A stretch of 64,000 nucleotides of DNA, from NCBI RefSeq assembly GCF_006345805.1, contig NC_043002.1:76198001-76262000 (forward strand), in the 5' to 3' direction. Numbering within the stretch: the stretch's first letter is position 1; each line of letters starts with the position of its first letter. Shown one piece after another: positions 39,265 to 53,668 of the stretch. Under the pieces are notes generated by a model, which worked only from the letters and a program-made list of their open reading frames with translations, did no database searches and was not told the DNA's origin. Source of the DNA: Octopus sinensis (taxonomy: Eukaryota). Both the position numbers and the translations under genes were made by a program.

Positions 39265-39489
39265 ACACACAAACAAAGACACAATCATACATATGAACTT
39301 ATATGTATATACCTACATACAAACACATACATACAAGTTCTAACTTCCTTACAGTATATCCAACTTAAGTTAGATATGCATATTGCTATATACGTATTTG
39401 TATAATTTGTAATACAAGCGTGTATGTGTGTGGTGGGGTAAGTCTCTGTGTCAGTGTGTGATTACATGTATATGTTTGCATGTGTCTGC

Positions 39490-39531
<42 letters not shown>

Positions 39532-39562
39532 ACAGAGTGAGAGAGAGATAGATAGATATATT

Positions 39563-39614
<52 letters not shown>

Positions 39615-39712
39615 TACATACTCACACATACATGCATATATACATACATGCGCAAATGTATGTGTTCATACATACATGCATACATACATACATACATACA
39701 TACATACATACA

Positions 39713-39745
<33 letters not shown>

Positions 39746-39909
39746 GCATACACATACAAAAATACCCAGTTGATGGAGAATCTCCACTGAAGTAGTCTTG
39801 GATCTAGGATAGAAACCAGCTTTTTTCTCTATTGGCAAAAAATCTTGAAATAAAACTGAATAATTAAATACATACATGTGTATATATATATACGCGTACG
39901 TACATACAT

Positions 39910-39953
<44 letters not shown>

Positions 39954-40309
39954 GCACATGCATATACCCAATATACACACTCGTTTATACACGTTTATTC
40001 ACAAATACATGGGTGGGCGCTTGTAGCGGTTCCGTTTGGTGTACGAGTTTGAGTGAGTGTAAAATCTAGATATCATCTCAATTTCATGGATGAATACATA
40101 ACACTAACGGACACATTTAACTTGAAAAAGGAGGTTCCAGAATTCAACGAAATCTCAAATACCACACAACATATAAATTTGATATATAATTGATATATAC
40201 ACACAGACAGACTCATACATAAACCTAAGGAGTCACTCACATACGTACACATGAACAGGCACGCACAAAAGAGATATAATATATCATTATATTTTTTTTT
40301 TCAAAAATT

Positions 40310-40474
40310 GCTGTGAAATTCAACTTAAGTTGTCATTTCCCTCTGGGAGAGATCTTGAGCAGAATGGCTATGAATTTGTTTTGTATTTGCCAAATATATA
40401 CATATAGAAACTCACATATATTTTATAATGGGCGTGTAATAGTAATAATAATAATAACAACAAAAACAACAACA

Positions 40475-40564
<90 letters not shown>

Positions 40565-40590
40565 TTAATAATAATAATAATAATAATATA

Positions 40591-40627
<37 letters not shown>

Positions 40628-40677
40628 TATTATTATTATTATATTATTATTATTATTATTATTATCATTATTATTAT
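40310..40677 (+). mobile_element. Dong-like 3' UTR remnant followed by (AAT)n that flips to (ATT)n at ~40590
   Basis: CTCTGGGAGAGATCTTGAGC (40341-40360) resembles the Dong UTR motif CTCTGGGTGAGACTTGGAGC (30022-30042, minus). Confidence 0.5.
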
Positions 40678-40842
40678 ATGTGTATGAGTTTGTGAGTCAG
40701 TGTATGTGTGTATGCATATCACGCACACACACACACGCACTCACATATACATACAAACGTACACATACATATGCGTTTATGTATACATGTATTATGCCTA
40801 CATGTGTGCGTGTATATATATACATATATATGTGTGTATATT

Positions 40843-40920
<78 letters not shown>

Positions 40921-41139
40921 TACAAACAAATATATTTATACTTATATATACATAGGGGTCGAGAAATTAAGTACCAGTTGTGCACTGGGGTCGATCTAAT
41001 CGGCTGGCCACCCCTCCAAAAAGGCCTTGTACCTAGAGTACAAAATAATATTTTGGTTATTGTAAAAGTAAAGAAATCTTGCATATATAAAGAAAACATG
41101 TCTTCGTAGAAATTTCTTGGAAATTTCATGCTTAGAGCG

Positions 41140-41193
<54 letters not shown>

Positions 41194-41218
41194 GCGTGCG
41201 TGTGTGTATGTGTGTGTG

Positions 41219-41750
<532 letters not shown>

Positions 41751-41900
41751 GTTAACACATTTATTTGCAAGACACATATATACACATACGTGCGCGCACA
41801 CAACATATATGTATGTATGTACAAGTATCTATTTAGTACCAAATTAACTCAGTCCCACTTAATGTAAAACTTCTTTATAAACAAAAACGATTATCTACAT

Positions 41901-42438
41901 CAGTGGTTCTGAACTGGGTTCCAAATGGCCTCTAAGACCCCATATAAGATTTTCAGGGGTCCATGCAACAAATTGGGGAGCCACAAAAGTATTTTAACGG
42001 TCCCTAAAAATATTTTGCTCTAGATATATGTATTGGTATGTACTCCAAGAAAGAGTGTCGTATTTTTCTTTAACATTTTACATAGCTCAACCTACACGAG
42101 TTAATGTGTAAAAAACAAAATAGGAATTTTGAAAGAAGTTTCTTATTTCTTTATTGCCCACAAGGGGCTAAACATAGAGGAAACAAACAAGGATGACAAA
42201 GGAATTAAGTCGATTACATCGATTCCAGTGCGTAACTGGTACTTAATTTATCGACCCCGAAAGGATGAAAGGCAAAGTCGACCTCAGCGGAATACCGCTA
42301 AGCATTTCGCCTGGCGTTTCTGCCACTTCGCCGCCTTTTAAAAGGTGGCGAGCTGGCAGAAGTTTCTATAAAACTAGTTTTTAATCCCTGAATAGTAATC
42401 AAAAGGGTCAGAAGATAAGAAATGGTTGAGAACCCTTG
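41901..42438. mobile_element. hAT-type MITE with an 8-bp TSD and a nested SINE A (42130-42340, minus)
   Basis: TIRs CAGTGGTTCTGAAC / GTTGAGAACCCTTG; a perfect TSD ATCTACAT at 41893-41900 and 42439-42446. Confidence 0.9.
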
Positions 42439-42832
42439 ATCTACATTGTGAGATACATATGTGGGTGTCATGAAAACTCAAAGAGGACTTGTAAGTGAGA
42501 ATATCTAGTGACCTCTATTGGTTAGTTCAGGACACTTTATTAAATTCCTAAAATAGCTACAAGAAATATTCATTTTTAAGTTCCCATATGGCGGAGGAGA
42601 TAGTCTAGAGTCAACAGATGGTAGGCAACCTGTAGGATATGACAGTTATTACAAGTGGTGAGGTAACCGATCTGATGGTGTCAGTTACATAACAGTTTGT
42701 GTGTCATGCATAGCTGTACGTGGTGTGTTTGCTATTCAATAATATTATACTTCTATGGTGGTATGTAGAATAGAAATAATTTCACTATGGTGGATTGCTC
42801 ACCCTGAAATTATGAACTGTATTCGCTTAAGA

Positions 42833-43064
42833 GGCGGCGAGCTGGCAGAAACGTTAGCACGCCGGGCGAAATACGTAGCGGTATTTCGTCTGCCGTTACG
42901 TTCTGAGTTCAAATTCCGCCGAGGTCGACTTTGCCTTTCATCCTTTCGGGGTCGATAAATTAAGTACTAGTTACGCACTGGGTCGATATAATCGACTTAA
43001 TCCGGTTGTCTGTCCTTGTTTGTCCTCTCTGTGTTTAGCCCCTTGTGGGTAGTAAAAAAATATA
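42833..43064 (+). mobile_element. Young family A SINE with a 13-bp TSD
   Basis: Near-consensus body; TATTCGCTTAAGA at 42820-42832 and 43065-43077. Confidence 0.93.
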
Positions 43065-43794
43065 TATTCGCTTAAGATTGTCTTTCCAGAGTATCAGCAT
43101 CCATTGGTTTGATGGTTATAAACTAAACTTATCTCTCGTTACAAAAACTCAATAGACCATTTTCCCTGTTGATGGTACACTGCAGCCCGAGGTTATCATA
43201 TGCAGTTTTTCATTGCATCACTATTGCTAACTGCAGCCCGGTACATACTTACATCAAAAAGATACCTACTTGGTTTGAAGGAAAAATACAGTATACTGAT
43301 ATAAAAGTTTAAGACACTGGGCAAGAAATTAAAACCCGTGCCCCGTGCATTCCTATGTAAAACATCTGGGGATTTTAAAATAAGGCAATACTATATTAGC
43401 CAGATCAATATAGTACGTTGAATATCATATAGATATATCTGTGAAGATGACCATCCACACAAATCAATTGATATGACAGTGGCAGCCTCTTTCTTGCAGT
43501 AGTTTCTACATGCGTTGAACAGCTATGGCTTACATGTCTATGCACTGCCGCACCAGCAGATTGGTATGTCATTTTATGTCATTCTATGATTTGCTTTACT
43601 TAATACACTTGAGGATTCCACTCGATGCACTTGCAGCATGGCTCTGCTCTAAAGTGCAGCACTTTAGGAAAATGCCTTATACTATGGCACCGGGTCGACC
43701 AGTGCCTTATGAGTCAAATAAATAAACGTAAACTTTCTAGAAGCCCGTCGTATATATGTATATATATATATATATATACATATAATATATATAT

Positions 43795-43867
<73 letters not shown>

Positions 43868-44384
43868 ACACACACGCGCACGAGACCACGTTCTAATGAC
43901 TAAAACAAGTAAAAGAAGGCAAACGAACCCAAAATAAGTCGATTCTTCTAATGACAGTGTGATCACCACAGAAAATTTGATATCAAAGAGACGATAAAAA
44001 TAAAAGTAGAAGCCGTGCACGATTTGAACCGTGATTCTAAGGACAACCAGATACAGTAAAGTAATATGGAGAGGATGTATGCCTTGTGTGTTATTTCTTT
44101 CACTAGCATTAAACGATACGCACTCACATAAAATACAAGTCGAAATAATGAAAAGACAACCAATGAAACCGCATTGGTGTATGTATGTATGTATGTATGT
44201 ATGTATGTATGTATGTATGTATTATGTGTGTATGTGTATGTATGTACACATTATGTGTGTGTATGCATGTTTGTATGTATGTACGTATATGTTTGTATAC
44301 ATATATATCTGTGTATATGTGTGTGTGCTTGTATGCATACCTGTATGTATGTATATATGCACTTGCGTGTGTATGATTGTGTAC

Positions 44385-44422
<38 letters not shown>

Positions 44423-44645
44423 ATATGTGAATGTAGGTTTCTATGTGTGAATGTATGTATGAATGTATATATGTATATATTATGCGTTTGTATATATCCT
44501 TGCGTGCGCAAGCAGGTAAATTTCTGAGCGTATGCATTTGCATATAGTTGCAAATATTTATGTATAGTTTTCAGTGTATGAGGGTCCATGCGTGCGCATG
44601 CGGTTATGAAGGAAAGAGAGAGAGGGAGAGAGAGAGAGAGAGAGG

Positions 44646-44720
<75 letters not shown>

Positions 44721-45224
44721 AAGAGAGAGAGTTCAATAGATATGGTCGATAATGTATTGTAACAGCAATAAAGACGAATGGAAAAAATATTTAAAGAATA
44801 TGAATGCATTAGAAACATTGTAGATAGAATTACACACTTGTATATAATGTGTGATGCAGCGCTTGTGAGAGGCGGGCGGGCACTGAGTACGTTGTACCTG
44901 GACCTGGGTATTCCCTGAGGTCGCAGAAATCGTATATACTCGCAAAAAGGGAGAGGATCCCAAAAGAAACTTTGTAATCCTTGATGAAATTCTTCTCGTG
45001 TATACTGATGTGTTTTATGTAATCATGCATAAATCTGTTATGTATATTTGTATTCGTGTGATTTTCGTGGTTCCTGGCCCCCACAAAGTGAATATGCATG
45101 TGTGAATATGTGTGTGTATGTATATATATGAAAGTATATAAACTTAGATAAACTTAGATATGTTTCAACCAAAGATTCGTCCAGGTCATGTCTAACTTAA
45201 TAGCACCACCTGATAAACAATAAA

Positions 45225-45510
45225 CGTCGCCCTTTTCAAGCCTAGCCAGGCTCATGGGCCCGGTTTCCCGGTTTCTGTGGCGTATGTGTTTCCCCCAGCT
45301 GGACGGGACGCCAGTCCATCGCAGCGTTAATCACGGAACAGGAAGAGAGAGTGAGAGAAAGTTGTGGCGAAAGAGTACAACGGGGGTTGCCACCACCCCC
45401 TGCCGGAGCCTCGTGGAGCTTTTAGATGTTTTCGCTCAATAAACACACACAACGCCCGGTCTGGGAATCGAAACCGCGATCCTACAACTGCGAGTCCACT
45501 AGGCCATTGC
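45225..45510 (-). mobile_element. SINE family C
   Basis: Matches 2452-2756. Confidence 0.88.
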
Positions 45511-45574
45511 ATCTCCACGCACCACCTGATAGGACATCTAAATCCTTTTTAAGTCAAGTTTTGTTTATGGTGCA

Positions 45575-45790
45575 TTCAAGTAGTGAGTTGTATCCAGGCA
45601 TAGATGGCTTGTCTGGTATTCCTTGAAGAAATTTGGCCAGACTCCGTTTAAAGGTGATGGGATCCTTTTCCTCTTTGATCAGTTTTGGGACAATGTTAAA
45701 ATATCAAAATGAACAGCAATAGCTCGTTGACAATGAGATTGAGAAATGCATTTGGTTACGTCTTTTGGGGACATTAGAAACTTGAAACCT
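45575..45790 (-). pseudogene. CR1/L2-group LINE C-terminal remnant
   Basis: FNIVPKLIKEEKDPITFKRSLAKFLQGIPDKPSMPGYNSLLE (45575-45700) resembles the CR1/L2 terminus (LFNSLP...FKRKLDKFL..IPDQP..PGY..NSLL). Confidence 0.7.
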
Positions 45791-45854
45791 ATATACATAC
45801 ACACAAACATACATACATACATACATAACATTCATACATACATACATACATACA

Positions 45855-45924
<70 letters not shown>

Positions 45925-46116
45925 TATATACATATATATATATATATGTGTGTGTGTATATATATATATATTCATTTATATGTATATGTGTGTGTGTATA
46001 TGTATATGTATATATATACATACATATATATATATGCATATAAATATATTCATACACATATATACATGTATATACATACACATACATACAAATATATATA
46101 TACATGCACACCCACA

Positions 46117-46162
<46 letters not shown>

Positions 46163-46554
46163 ATTTATATTTTTGTGTTGAATCTTATTTTATTTTAGTT
46201 ATTATTGTTATTTTTGTAGTTCTTGTTGATGACATTTGTACTTATTATCATTCGTTAGCAGGGTATTTAATAGTCGTCAAATGTTACTTTGTAAGTTGAT
46301 ACAACACTATCTGCATGCTTCGCTGCCTGTTGGTCTCCAAAGGGACGGTCCTTCTTAGAAATTCTATACCCCAAGAGGCCTTCATCTTAGATGTTTTACT
46401 GGGTTGTCTCGAATTCAGGAGTGGAGCAAGTGCTTCTTTTATGTTTTTGTTTTGTTAACTTCTCCCCTTTATTTTATTTTTTTAATTTTACTTTGTATAT
46501 TTATTCCTTTAATTAATTGTTTATTTACATTCTTTCCATCTGTGTTAATAAAGT

Positions 46555-47462
46555 CGCAGGTGTGGCTGTGTGGCAGGATTTTTGCATCCCAGTCACATGG
46601 TTCCGGGTACAATCGCACTGCGCGGCACCATGGGAAAGTTTCTTATACTATGGCCTCGACCAAGGTCTTCTGAGTGGATTTGGTAGACGGGAACTGAAAG
46701 AAGCCCGTCGTACATATGTATGGGTGTGTGTGTTTGTCCTCCACCACTACCTGACAACTGGTGTTTATATGTTTATGTCCCTGCAACTTAGTGATTCGGC
46801 AAAAGTAAGCCCTATAGAATAAGTACCAAGCTTTAAAAAAAATGAGTACTGAGTCAATTCGTGCAACTAAGCTTCTTCAAGTCGATGCCCCAGCATGGCA
46901 CCAGTCCAATGTCTGAAACAAGTATAAGATAACAGATAGGACTTTATCCAAAATGGAAGCCTGTTATGTAGTAATTCGATCAGCTATAAACCGCAGCCAA
47001 CTTACTCGGATTAAAATATACTGTCTTAAATAACAAAAAGGACACGTCGAGAAAAATAACCCTAAGACTGCACTGGTTGTAATATACTTGAACATCCTTA
47101 CGAAAGATCAGGGCTTGCTTGTTTATAATTTCACCAAGATCAGTATTTTGATTCTCGTTCAAAACCAAATTTAAGAAAATGTGTTCCATATTGGAGGGAA
47201 AGCTAACCCTTGGCGGTTTGGCCTCTCATAAGTGGTTAAACTCAGAGTAGTCACTGGGCCTGATAGAAATAGCTGCCAAATTTCCTTCGAGTTGCACTGT
47301 ATCGTATTAAAAGAAGAAATGTAAACAGCTTGCTTACGAACCACATGGTTCCGGGTTCAGTCCCATTGCGTGACACCTTACGCAAGTGCCTTCTATAACC
47401 TCGGGCCGACCAAAGCCTTGTGAGTGGATTTGGGAGACGGAAACTGAAAGAAGCCCGTCGTA

Positions 47463-47508
<46 letters not shown>

Positions 47509-47745
47509 CGTGTGTGTGTGTGTGTATATATATAAGTTTGTGTGTCTGTGTTTGTCCCCCCATCCCCACATCGCTTGACAACCGATTCTGATGTGTTTAC
47601 GTCCCCGTTACTTACCGGTTCCGCCAAAGAGACCGATAGAATAAGTACTAAGCTTACAAAGAATAAGTTCTAGGGTCGATTTGCTCGACTAAATGCTGTG
47701 CTCCAGCATGGCCACAGTCAAATGACTGAAACAAGTAAAAGAGAT
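46555..47745 (+). mobile_element. Family D SINEs (46555-46930 and 47321-47745)
   Basis: Head GTGGCTGTGTGG / CCACATGGTTCCGGGTTCAGTCCCA, GAAAGAAGCCCGTCGTA, an internal (TA)n(TG)n tract and the GAAACAAGTAAAAGAG tail. Confidence 0.88.
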
Positions 47746-49099
47746 ATAAGACAATATAATCCATAATACACAACAAGTCGAGAGGGTCGCGACTTGAGTA
47801 TCTTTAATCATAGGTCAAATTTGATCAGTGTTGATCGAGGGATGTACAATAACGATGCCTTTTTCTTCCTTTGAAGATGTGTAGCTTAGTGGTTAGGGCA
47901 TTGCATTCGCGATTTACGATCGTAAGATCGTGCTTTTCATTCTCGAACCGGGGACAGTAGGTTATGTTTTTGAGCAAAACCCTATATTTCACGTTGCTCC
48001 AATCCACTTTACTGAAAATCAGTCCCAGCAAAACCTGAGAAATAACACTGCGACGGAATAGCGCTCTTTACAAGGCGGGCTGTAGTACATTCCTTAAATT
48101 ATACCATCATGAAAAACCGGGATAAACTCCGGCCTAATGGGTTCTAGAACTAATGACAGACTTAATTCTAAGTTTCATCCCTTCCTTTATATTTTCACTT
48201 GTTTCAAAGAACAGAAACTCCAGTTAATTGTCTCTCTGTTCAGGTTTGTCTCCGATCATCACTTGACAACCGGTGTTAGTTTACCACTCCGTAACTTAGC
48301 GGCTCGACAAAAATATGCTGATAGAATAAGTAGCAGACTTCCAAAAAGTATTAAGGTCAACTTGTTCGATTAAATCCATCAAGGCGTTGCTCCAGCATGG
48401 CGTAATCTAATTACTGTAACAAGTATATCATTAAAGATATTTTACATGGAGTTTTATGGTTTTAGTTAGTGTGGTACGTCGGAGGGGTACCACAGTGTGA
48501 GTGACGAGAGAAGGAAAGGCGAATGAATGGAGAGGATCTGAAGAGAGTGACACAGGATAAGCCTTAACCGATGAGTAGGTGCAATTTCAGACAAAATATA
48601 TATATATATATATTTCAGACAAAAAATATATATATATACATATTTAACCTTTTAAGAGAGAAACTAATTCGCGTGACATGTCCACACACTGGTGGGCTTT
48701 ATAATACTTTTGTAAAGTTTTGTAAAGACTACCCTTCCTCCGACCCCCGAATACCTAAACCATTGGATCATCTGCTATCTTACCCAAAATTTTGAATATA
48801 AACCCAAATGTCATTGAATTTCTGGTCACTAAACCTGATATAGCATGTTACGTGGCAAGGTAGTCCGCATGATCCTGTATCTGTAGATAGATGGTTATCT
48901 GTTTTGCATCAAAGTTCATGTCATCGTCTGTAGAAAAGTCCACATATATGTTCTGGTGGTTGTATTTGTAAAGATTCATGAGAGCCTGGAAGAGTTTGCG
49001 TCATATATACTCTTTATTTTGCCGACAACAATACGTGTACATTAGGTGATTACTTGTGCCATGTAATCGTTTAAAAGAATCGAGGTTGCTGAATACACT

Positions 49100-49230
49100 C
49101 AGGCGCGGTCCCAGGAATTTTTCGAAGGAAGGTTACAAGGTCAGAGACGAATATTAATTCCAGGACAAGAGTGCACTTCTTCTCTTGAGTGGGCACGTCC
49201 CTCTCAAGCTCCTCCTTGGATCCGCCTCTG
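49100..49230. mobile_element. Small MITE with GC-rich imperfect TIRs
   Basis: CAGGCGCGGTCCCAGGA versus the reverse complement of TCCTTGGATCCGCCTCTG; no clear TSD. Confidence 0.45.
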
Positions 49231-49845
49231 ACATTATCCTGCAGTCTGCCGACGAAGTGGGACCGGATCAGCACCCTGCTAACATCATTTCCGAACACGT
49301 AGCTCTAAAGATAAAGAAAATAGATGGTGTCGCTTTGGAAACATTAATACCACGTGATCTGAACTGACCAATAGCGGCCTAAACTCCTAGTTGTCTCAGA
49401 ACTTCTACTCAGTGTCTCGCATCTGATGAGATTGACGTGTCCTATCCTCTCATGAAACTTTAGATCAAGTGGCGCTGAATCAAACAGTTATTAAAAGTAT
49501 ATGTAACTCCTATCAAATCTATTGAGTGCTACTTTCTTTCACTTGTTCTCTCGTATGTATGTATGTATGTATGTATGTATGTATGTATGTGTGTATGTAT
49601 GTATGTATGTATGTATGTATGTATGTATGTGTGTGTGTATGTATGTATGTATGTATGTATGTATGTATGTATGTATGTATGTATTATGTATGTATGTATG
49701 TATCTATGCATGTATGCATGTATGTATACGTACATTCATTTCTGAGCCTTGTTAGTCGTGGTTTTTAGCTTTTAGATAATTCTTCGAAATCCATTCGATC
49801 ATTGCAATAACGCAACGATAGGAATAGCGTATAGCAAATACTTGG

Positions 49846-49980
49846 AAAGAAGAGGAAGGAGAAGAAGAAGAAGAGAAGAAGAAGAAGAAGAGAAGAAGAA
49901 GAGAAGAAGAAGAAGAAGAAGAAGAAGAAGAAGAAGAAGAAGAGAAGAAGAAGAAGAAGAAGAAGAAGAAGAAGAAGAAA
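49846..49980. repeat. (GAA)n homopurine tract
   Basis: Direct reading. Confidence 0.97.
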
Positions 49981-51043
49981 TAGACATAGCGACCTATGGG
50001 GTGATGGTCATAAACAAAGGAAGGATATTATTAAGTTTTGATGAGATTAAATGAAGACGTTCCAGCGGTGTTAGTCTGAAGCTACGGAGCCTAACTAATT
50101 CTAATCTATTGCCGAAAGATACAGGACGCTGCAAATATCTGTTATATGGTCATTAGCATAAATGCTATCGTATTATTGTATCAGCATTGATATGGTGGGG
50201 AAGATAAAGATAAATGGTGGAGAGAAATCAAATAAACACGTGAATTCCTTGTTTAAATGAATCTGTATCTGCCAGTCGATATTGCAACAATTTGATTATA
50301 CTAAACACCTTACAGTAAGAGATATATTTCAATGAATAATCAATACGATGGAACTTATTTAGAACATTCTGCTAATAGACAACTAATTATTCTGAATTTC
50401 GTGCCAGGATTCCCCCTTCCATTTTCGTGGACTGCAATATAATTGTAACAATAGAAACTAGCAAAACAGAGAAATCGATGCTCTCGTACGTAAAAGAAGT
50501 GAAGTGTTTCATTGTTCTTATGTTTAAACCCTTCCAAGTTCTTCTCTGATAATCATCCGTTCTTAATTGGGATGTCTTTTATGGTAATACCAGTAATTAT
50601 TTGCATTAATTGAAACACACCCACATGCACATACCTAGATGCATACGCACGCACGCACACACACATACATACACACACATATACAGATATACTGTATTCA
50701 TGTGTTGCTCTGTGTTAAACGAATGAGGGGGAAAGAAAACTCAAAACATGATATGGAGTATTTCTACATCTTTTATCTCTTATAAAATCTGGCTATATAG
50801 AAACCCAAAGAAATCACCATGATCTCAACTGACTTCAGACATGTCTGTGGAGTTAGGAAATTCTCTCTGGAAGTGTATAGTTCTAGGTTCGATCCCTCTG
50901 CGAAGCAAAAGGGCCGTGTATTTTCTACAATAGCCGCAGGTTGATTAACAGTTTTTGAGTGGAATTTGATGCAAATGGTGTGGAATACCTTCATTTGTGT
51001 GTGTGTGTGTATTTGTATGTGTATGTGATTGTATGTGTGTGTA

Positions 51044-51092
<49 letters not shown>

Positions 51093-51329
51093 TGTATGTA
51101 TACATATATACATATATATATATATATGTATACACGCTTACACACACAGATATATATATATATATATATCTCAAAGTTCGTTTTTCCAGCGTTCACCACT
51201 TCACATCGTCTTGGATTAACAGCCATCGCCGTTTGTTTTTACTGTTTTATTCTCATTGTCCTGTTTTTGTTACCACTTTCACACCTTCCGCAAAAATCCC
51301 AAATTTTATTTAATTTGCTTTGCGGGAAG

Positions 51330-51545
51330 GACTGTTTTAGCGAAGTCGCGTCTTGTCCTTACCTTCGAAAAGCGGAGTAGATAAAACTGGGGACAACTGT
51401 TGAAGAGAATGTTTTTATGTTGTATGTCTCGTTTCGCTGGTTGTTTTTCTTTTTCGTAGTTCCAAAAAAAGTTCGTTTTCTATGTTTTTGTTTTTTATGT
51501 TCTCGTTTCTCATTTTGTCTACGTTTTTTTGATGTCCTGTACCCA
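51330..51545 (+). mobile_element. Dispersed repeat family (other copies 54125-54420 minus, 58370-58540 plus), possibly a PLE terminus
   Basis: Shared GGAGTAGATAAA...CAACTG(A/T)(C/T)GAAG and GATGTCCTGTACCCATATATGCATG ends next to microsatellites. Confidence 0.55.
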
Positions 51546-51613
51546 TATATGCATGTATATATATATGTAGGTATATATATGCATATATTTATTTATTATT
51601 TGTATTATATATA

Positions 51614-51652
<39 letters not shown>

Positions 51653-51697
51653 GTGTGTGTGTGTGTGTATGTGTGTGTGTGTGTGTGTGTGTGCTAC

Positions 51698-52047
51698 GGC
51701 ACTCCGTCCGTTACGATGAGGGTTCCTGTTGATCCGATCAACGGAACAGCCTGCTCGTGAAATTAACGTGCAAGGGGCTGAGCACTCCACAGACGCGTAT
51801 ACCATTAATGTAGTTCTCGGGGAGATTCAACGTGACAAAAAGTGTGACAAAGAGTGGCCCTTTGAAATAGAGGTACAACAGAAACAGGAAGAAAGAGTGA
51901 GGGAAAATTTGTGGTGAAAGAGTACAGCAGGGTTCACCCCCACCCCCTGCCGGAGCCTCGTAGAGCTTGTGTTTTCGTTCAATAAACACTCACAACACCC
52001 GGTCTATGAATCGAAACCGCTGCCCTAACCAGTTGGCCATTGCGCCT
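51698..52047 (-). mobile_element. Chimeric SINE (C head, B tail)
   Basis: Same junction architecture as 7485-7780. Confidence 0.8.
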
Positions 52048-52290
52048 CCTATATGTGTATACTATACACATATTGAAACACTCAATGAACTTCCGTTCAG
52101 TGTCCATCTATGTATATGTATGTATGTATATATATATATAAATATATATATATACATACATACATACACATATACACATCCATATACATGCATATGTACA
52201 TGTATATGTATGTATGCCTCTATATATATGTATGTGTATATATATATATATATTCACACATACATGCACATATACATACATACATACATG

Positions 52291-52336
<46 letters not shown>

Positions 52337-52617
52337 AAATAGTAAAAAGTGAAAACACTATAGAAGGCTTGTTTTAAAAGGTTAAAAAAATATATTTGAG
52401 TCATTATGTCAGAAGAATGTTATAAATTTTTTTCATACAGTGACATAGTTTTTGAAGAAATTACCGGTTTCGTGTTAACTTTTCAAATTTCTCAAAACAT
52501 CGTGTTATGACTTCGTTATGAAGTGTAAAGAGGAGTTCCAGGTAAGGGGGGGGGGGGTAATAAGTGATTTCTTCCGGTGTAAGGGAGATAATCGCTTTAT
52601 ATTTCTTGCCTGTTTGA

Positions 52618-53583
52618 CTTAATGGGGTGAGTTTCTCTGTATAAGAATGTTAGAGCGGTTAAGTTTGGGCTTATGTTTTTCAATGAAGGATGTTTCCTTG
52701 TTTAGTCTAATTTGTGTTGGTGTTCCAATAGCACATTGATAAAATGGAAAGATTAAAAATTGTGGTAGTAGTTGCTTTGCGCATTTCTCAATATGCTCAC
52801 TAAAGGGTATCATTCTGTATTCTGGGAATGCAATCTGTTGTCGATGCAGTGTGCATCTACGTCTGAGTGATAGTCCCGTGGATCCCACGTAGTATTGGTG
52901 GCAGCCTGAGCATCTTATGACATAAATTATGTTTTCAGAAGCACAAGTAAAATTAGATTTGATCTTGAATTTTTGTCCCTCTTTGAAGAGGAATTCTCAT
53001 CCTTCTAGAAGGTTTGGGCATGTTGCGCAGTTTGGTCTACCACATTTTTTACTTTTGCATCCGTAATTTCAGAAAGCAATTTTGCCTTTGTGAGAATCTT
53101 TTTAAGTGATTTAGGTTGTTTGTAGCTTTTAATGATTTTATGTATGTTTAGAATTTCCTTTAATTTGGGGTCCTTATGAAGTATTGGTAAATTCTGGGTG
53201 ATGATGGTGAAGGCGTCTTTGTTTCTGGGGTTGTATGTGGATATGTAAGGCAGTATTTTCGGGAAAGGTGTGTTGTTGTGTTGAACTTTTCTCAAAGTTT
53301 CTATGTCGATTTCTGTTGCACGTCTGATCCCATCCTCTATGAGTTGAGCTGGGTAGTGTCTGTCAATTAGGGTGTTTTTGAGTTCTTGTAGTCTAAAGTT
53401 CCTGGTATTTTGTTCTGACACTATTGTGCATATCCTTCTTGCAAGGTTGAAAGGGATGTTTGTTTTAGTGTGTCTTGGGTGGCATGAATCAAAAAGAAGG
53501 TATTGTTTGGCGTCTGTGGCTTTGTAAAAAATGTCTGTTTCTATTTTAAGGTTAAGGTTTCTATTTTCTATATATTCAACCAC
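52618..53583 (-). pseudogene. Penelope-like element remnant: RT thumb, linker and GIY-YIG endonuclease
   Basis: TDIFYKATDAKQYLLFDSCHPRHTKTNIPFNLARRICTIVS (thumb); KCGRPNCATC linker after a frameshift; ENIIYVIRCSGCHQYYVGST (GIY-YIG, 52880-52930); ...KETSFIEKHKPKLN. 5'-truncated beside (AT)n. Confidence 0.92.
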
Positions 53584-53610
53584 GTGCTTTCACACTCCAA
53601 CTTTCTCATC

Positions 53611-53668
<58 letters not shown>

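Noticed and set aside
43500-43563. Candidate exon VSTCVEQLWLTCLCTAAPAD
   Set aside because: Splice signals of this quality arise by chance in 64 kb, and the peptide is uninformative.
48780-49080. Possible RT fragment (NIYVDFSTDDD) on the minus strand
   Set aside because: The motif spacing does not fit RT subdomains convincingly.
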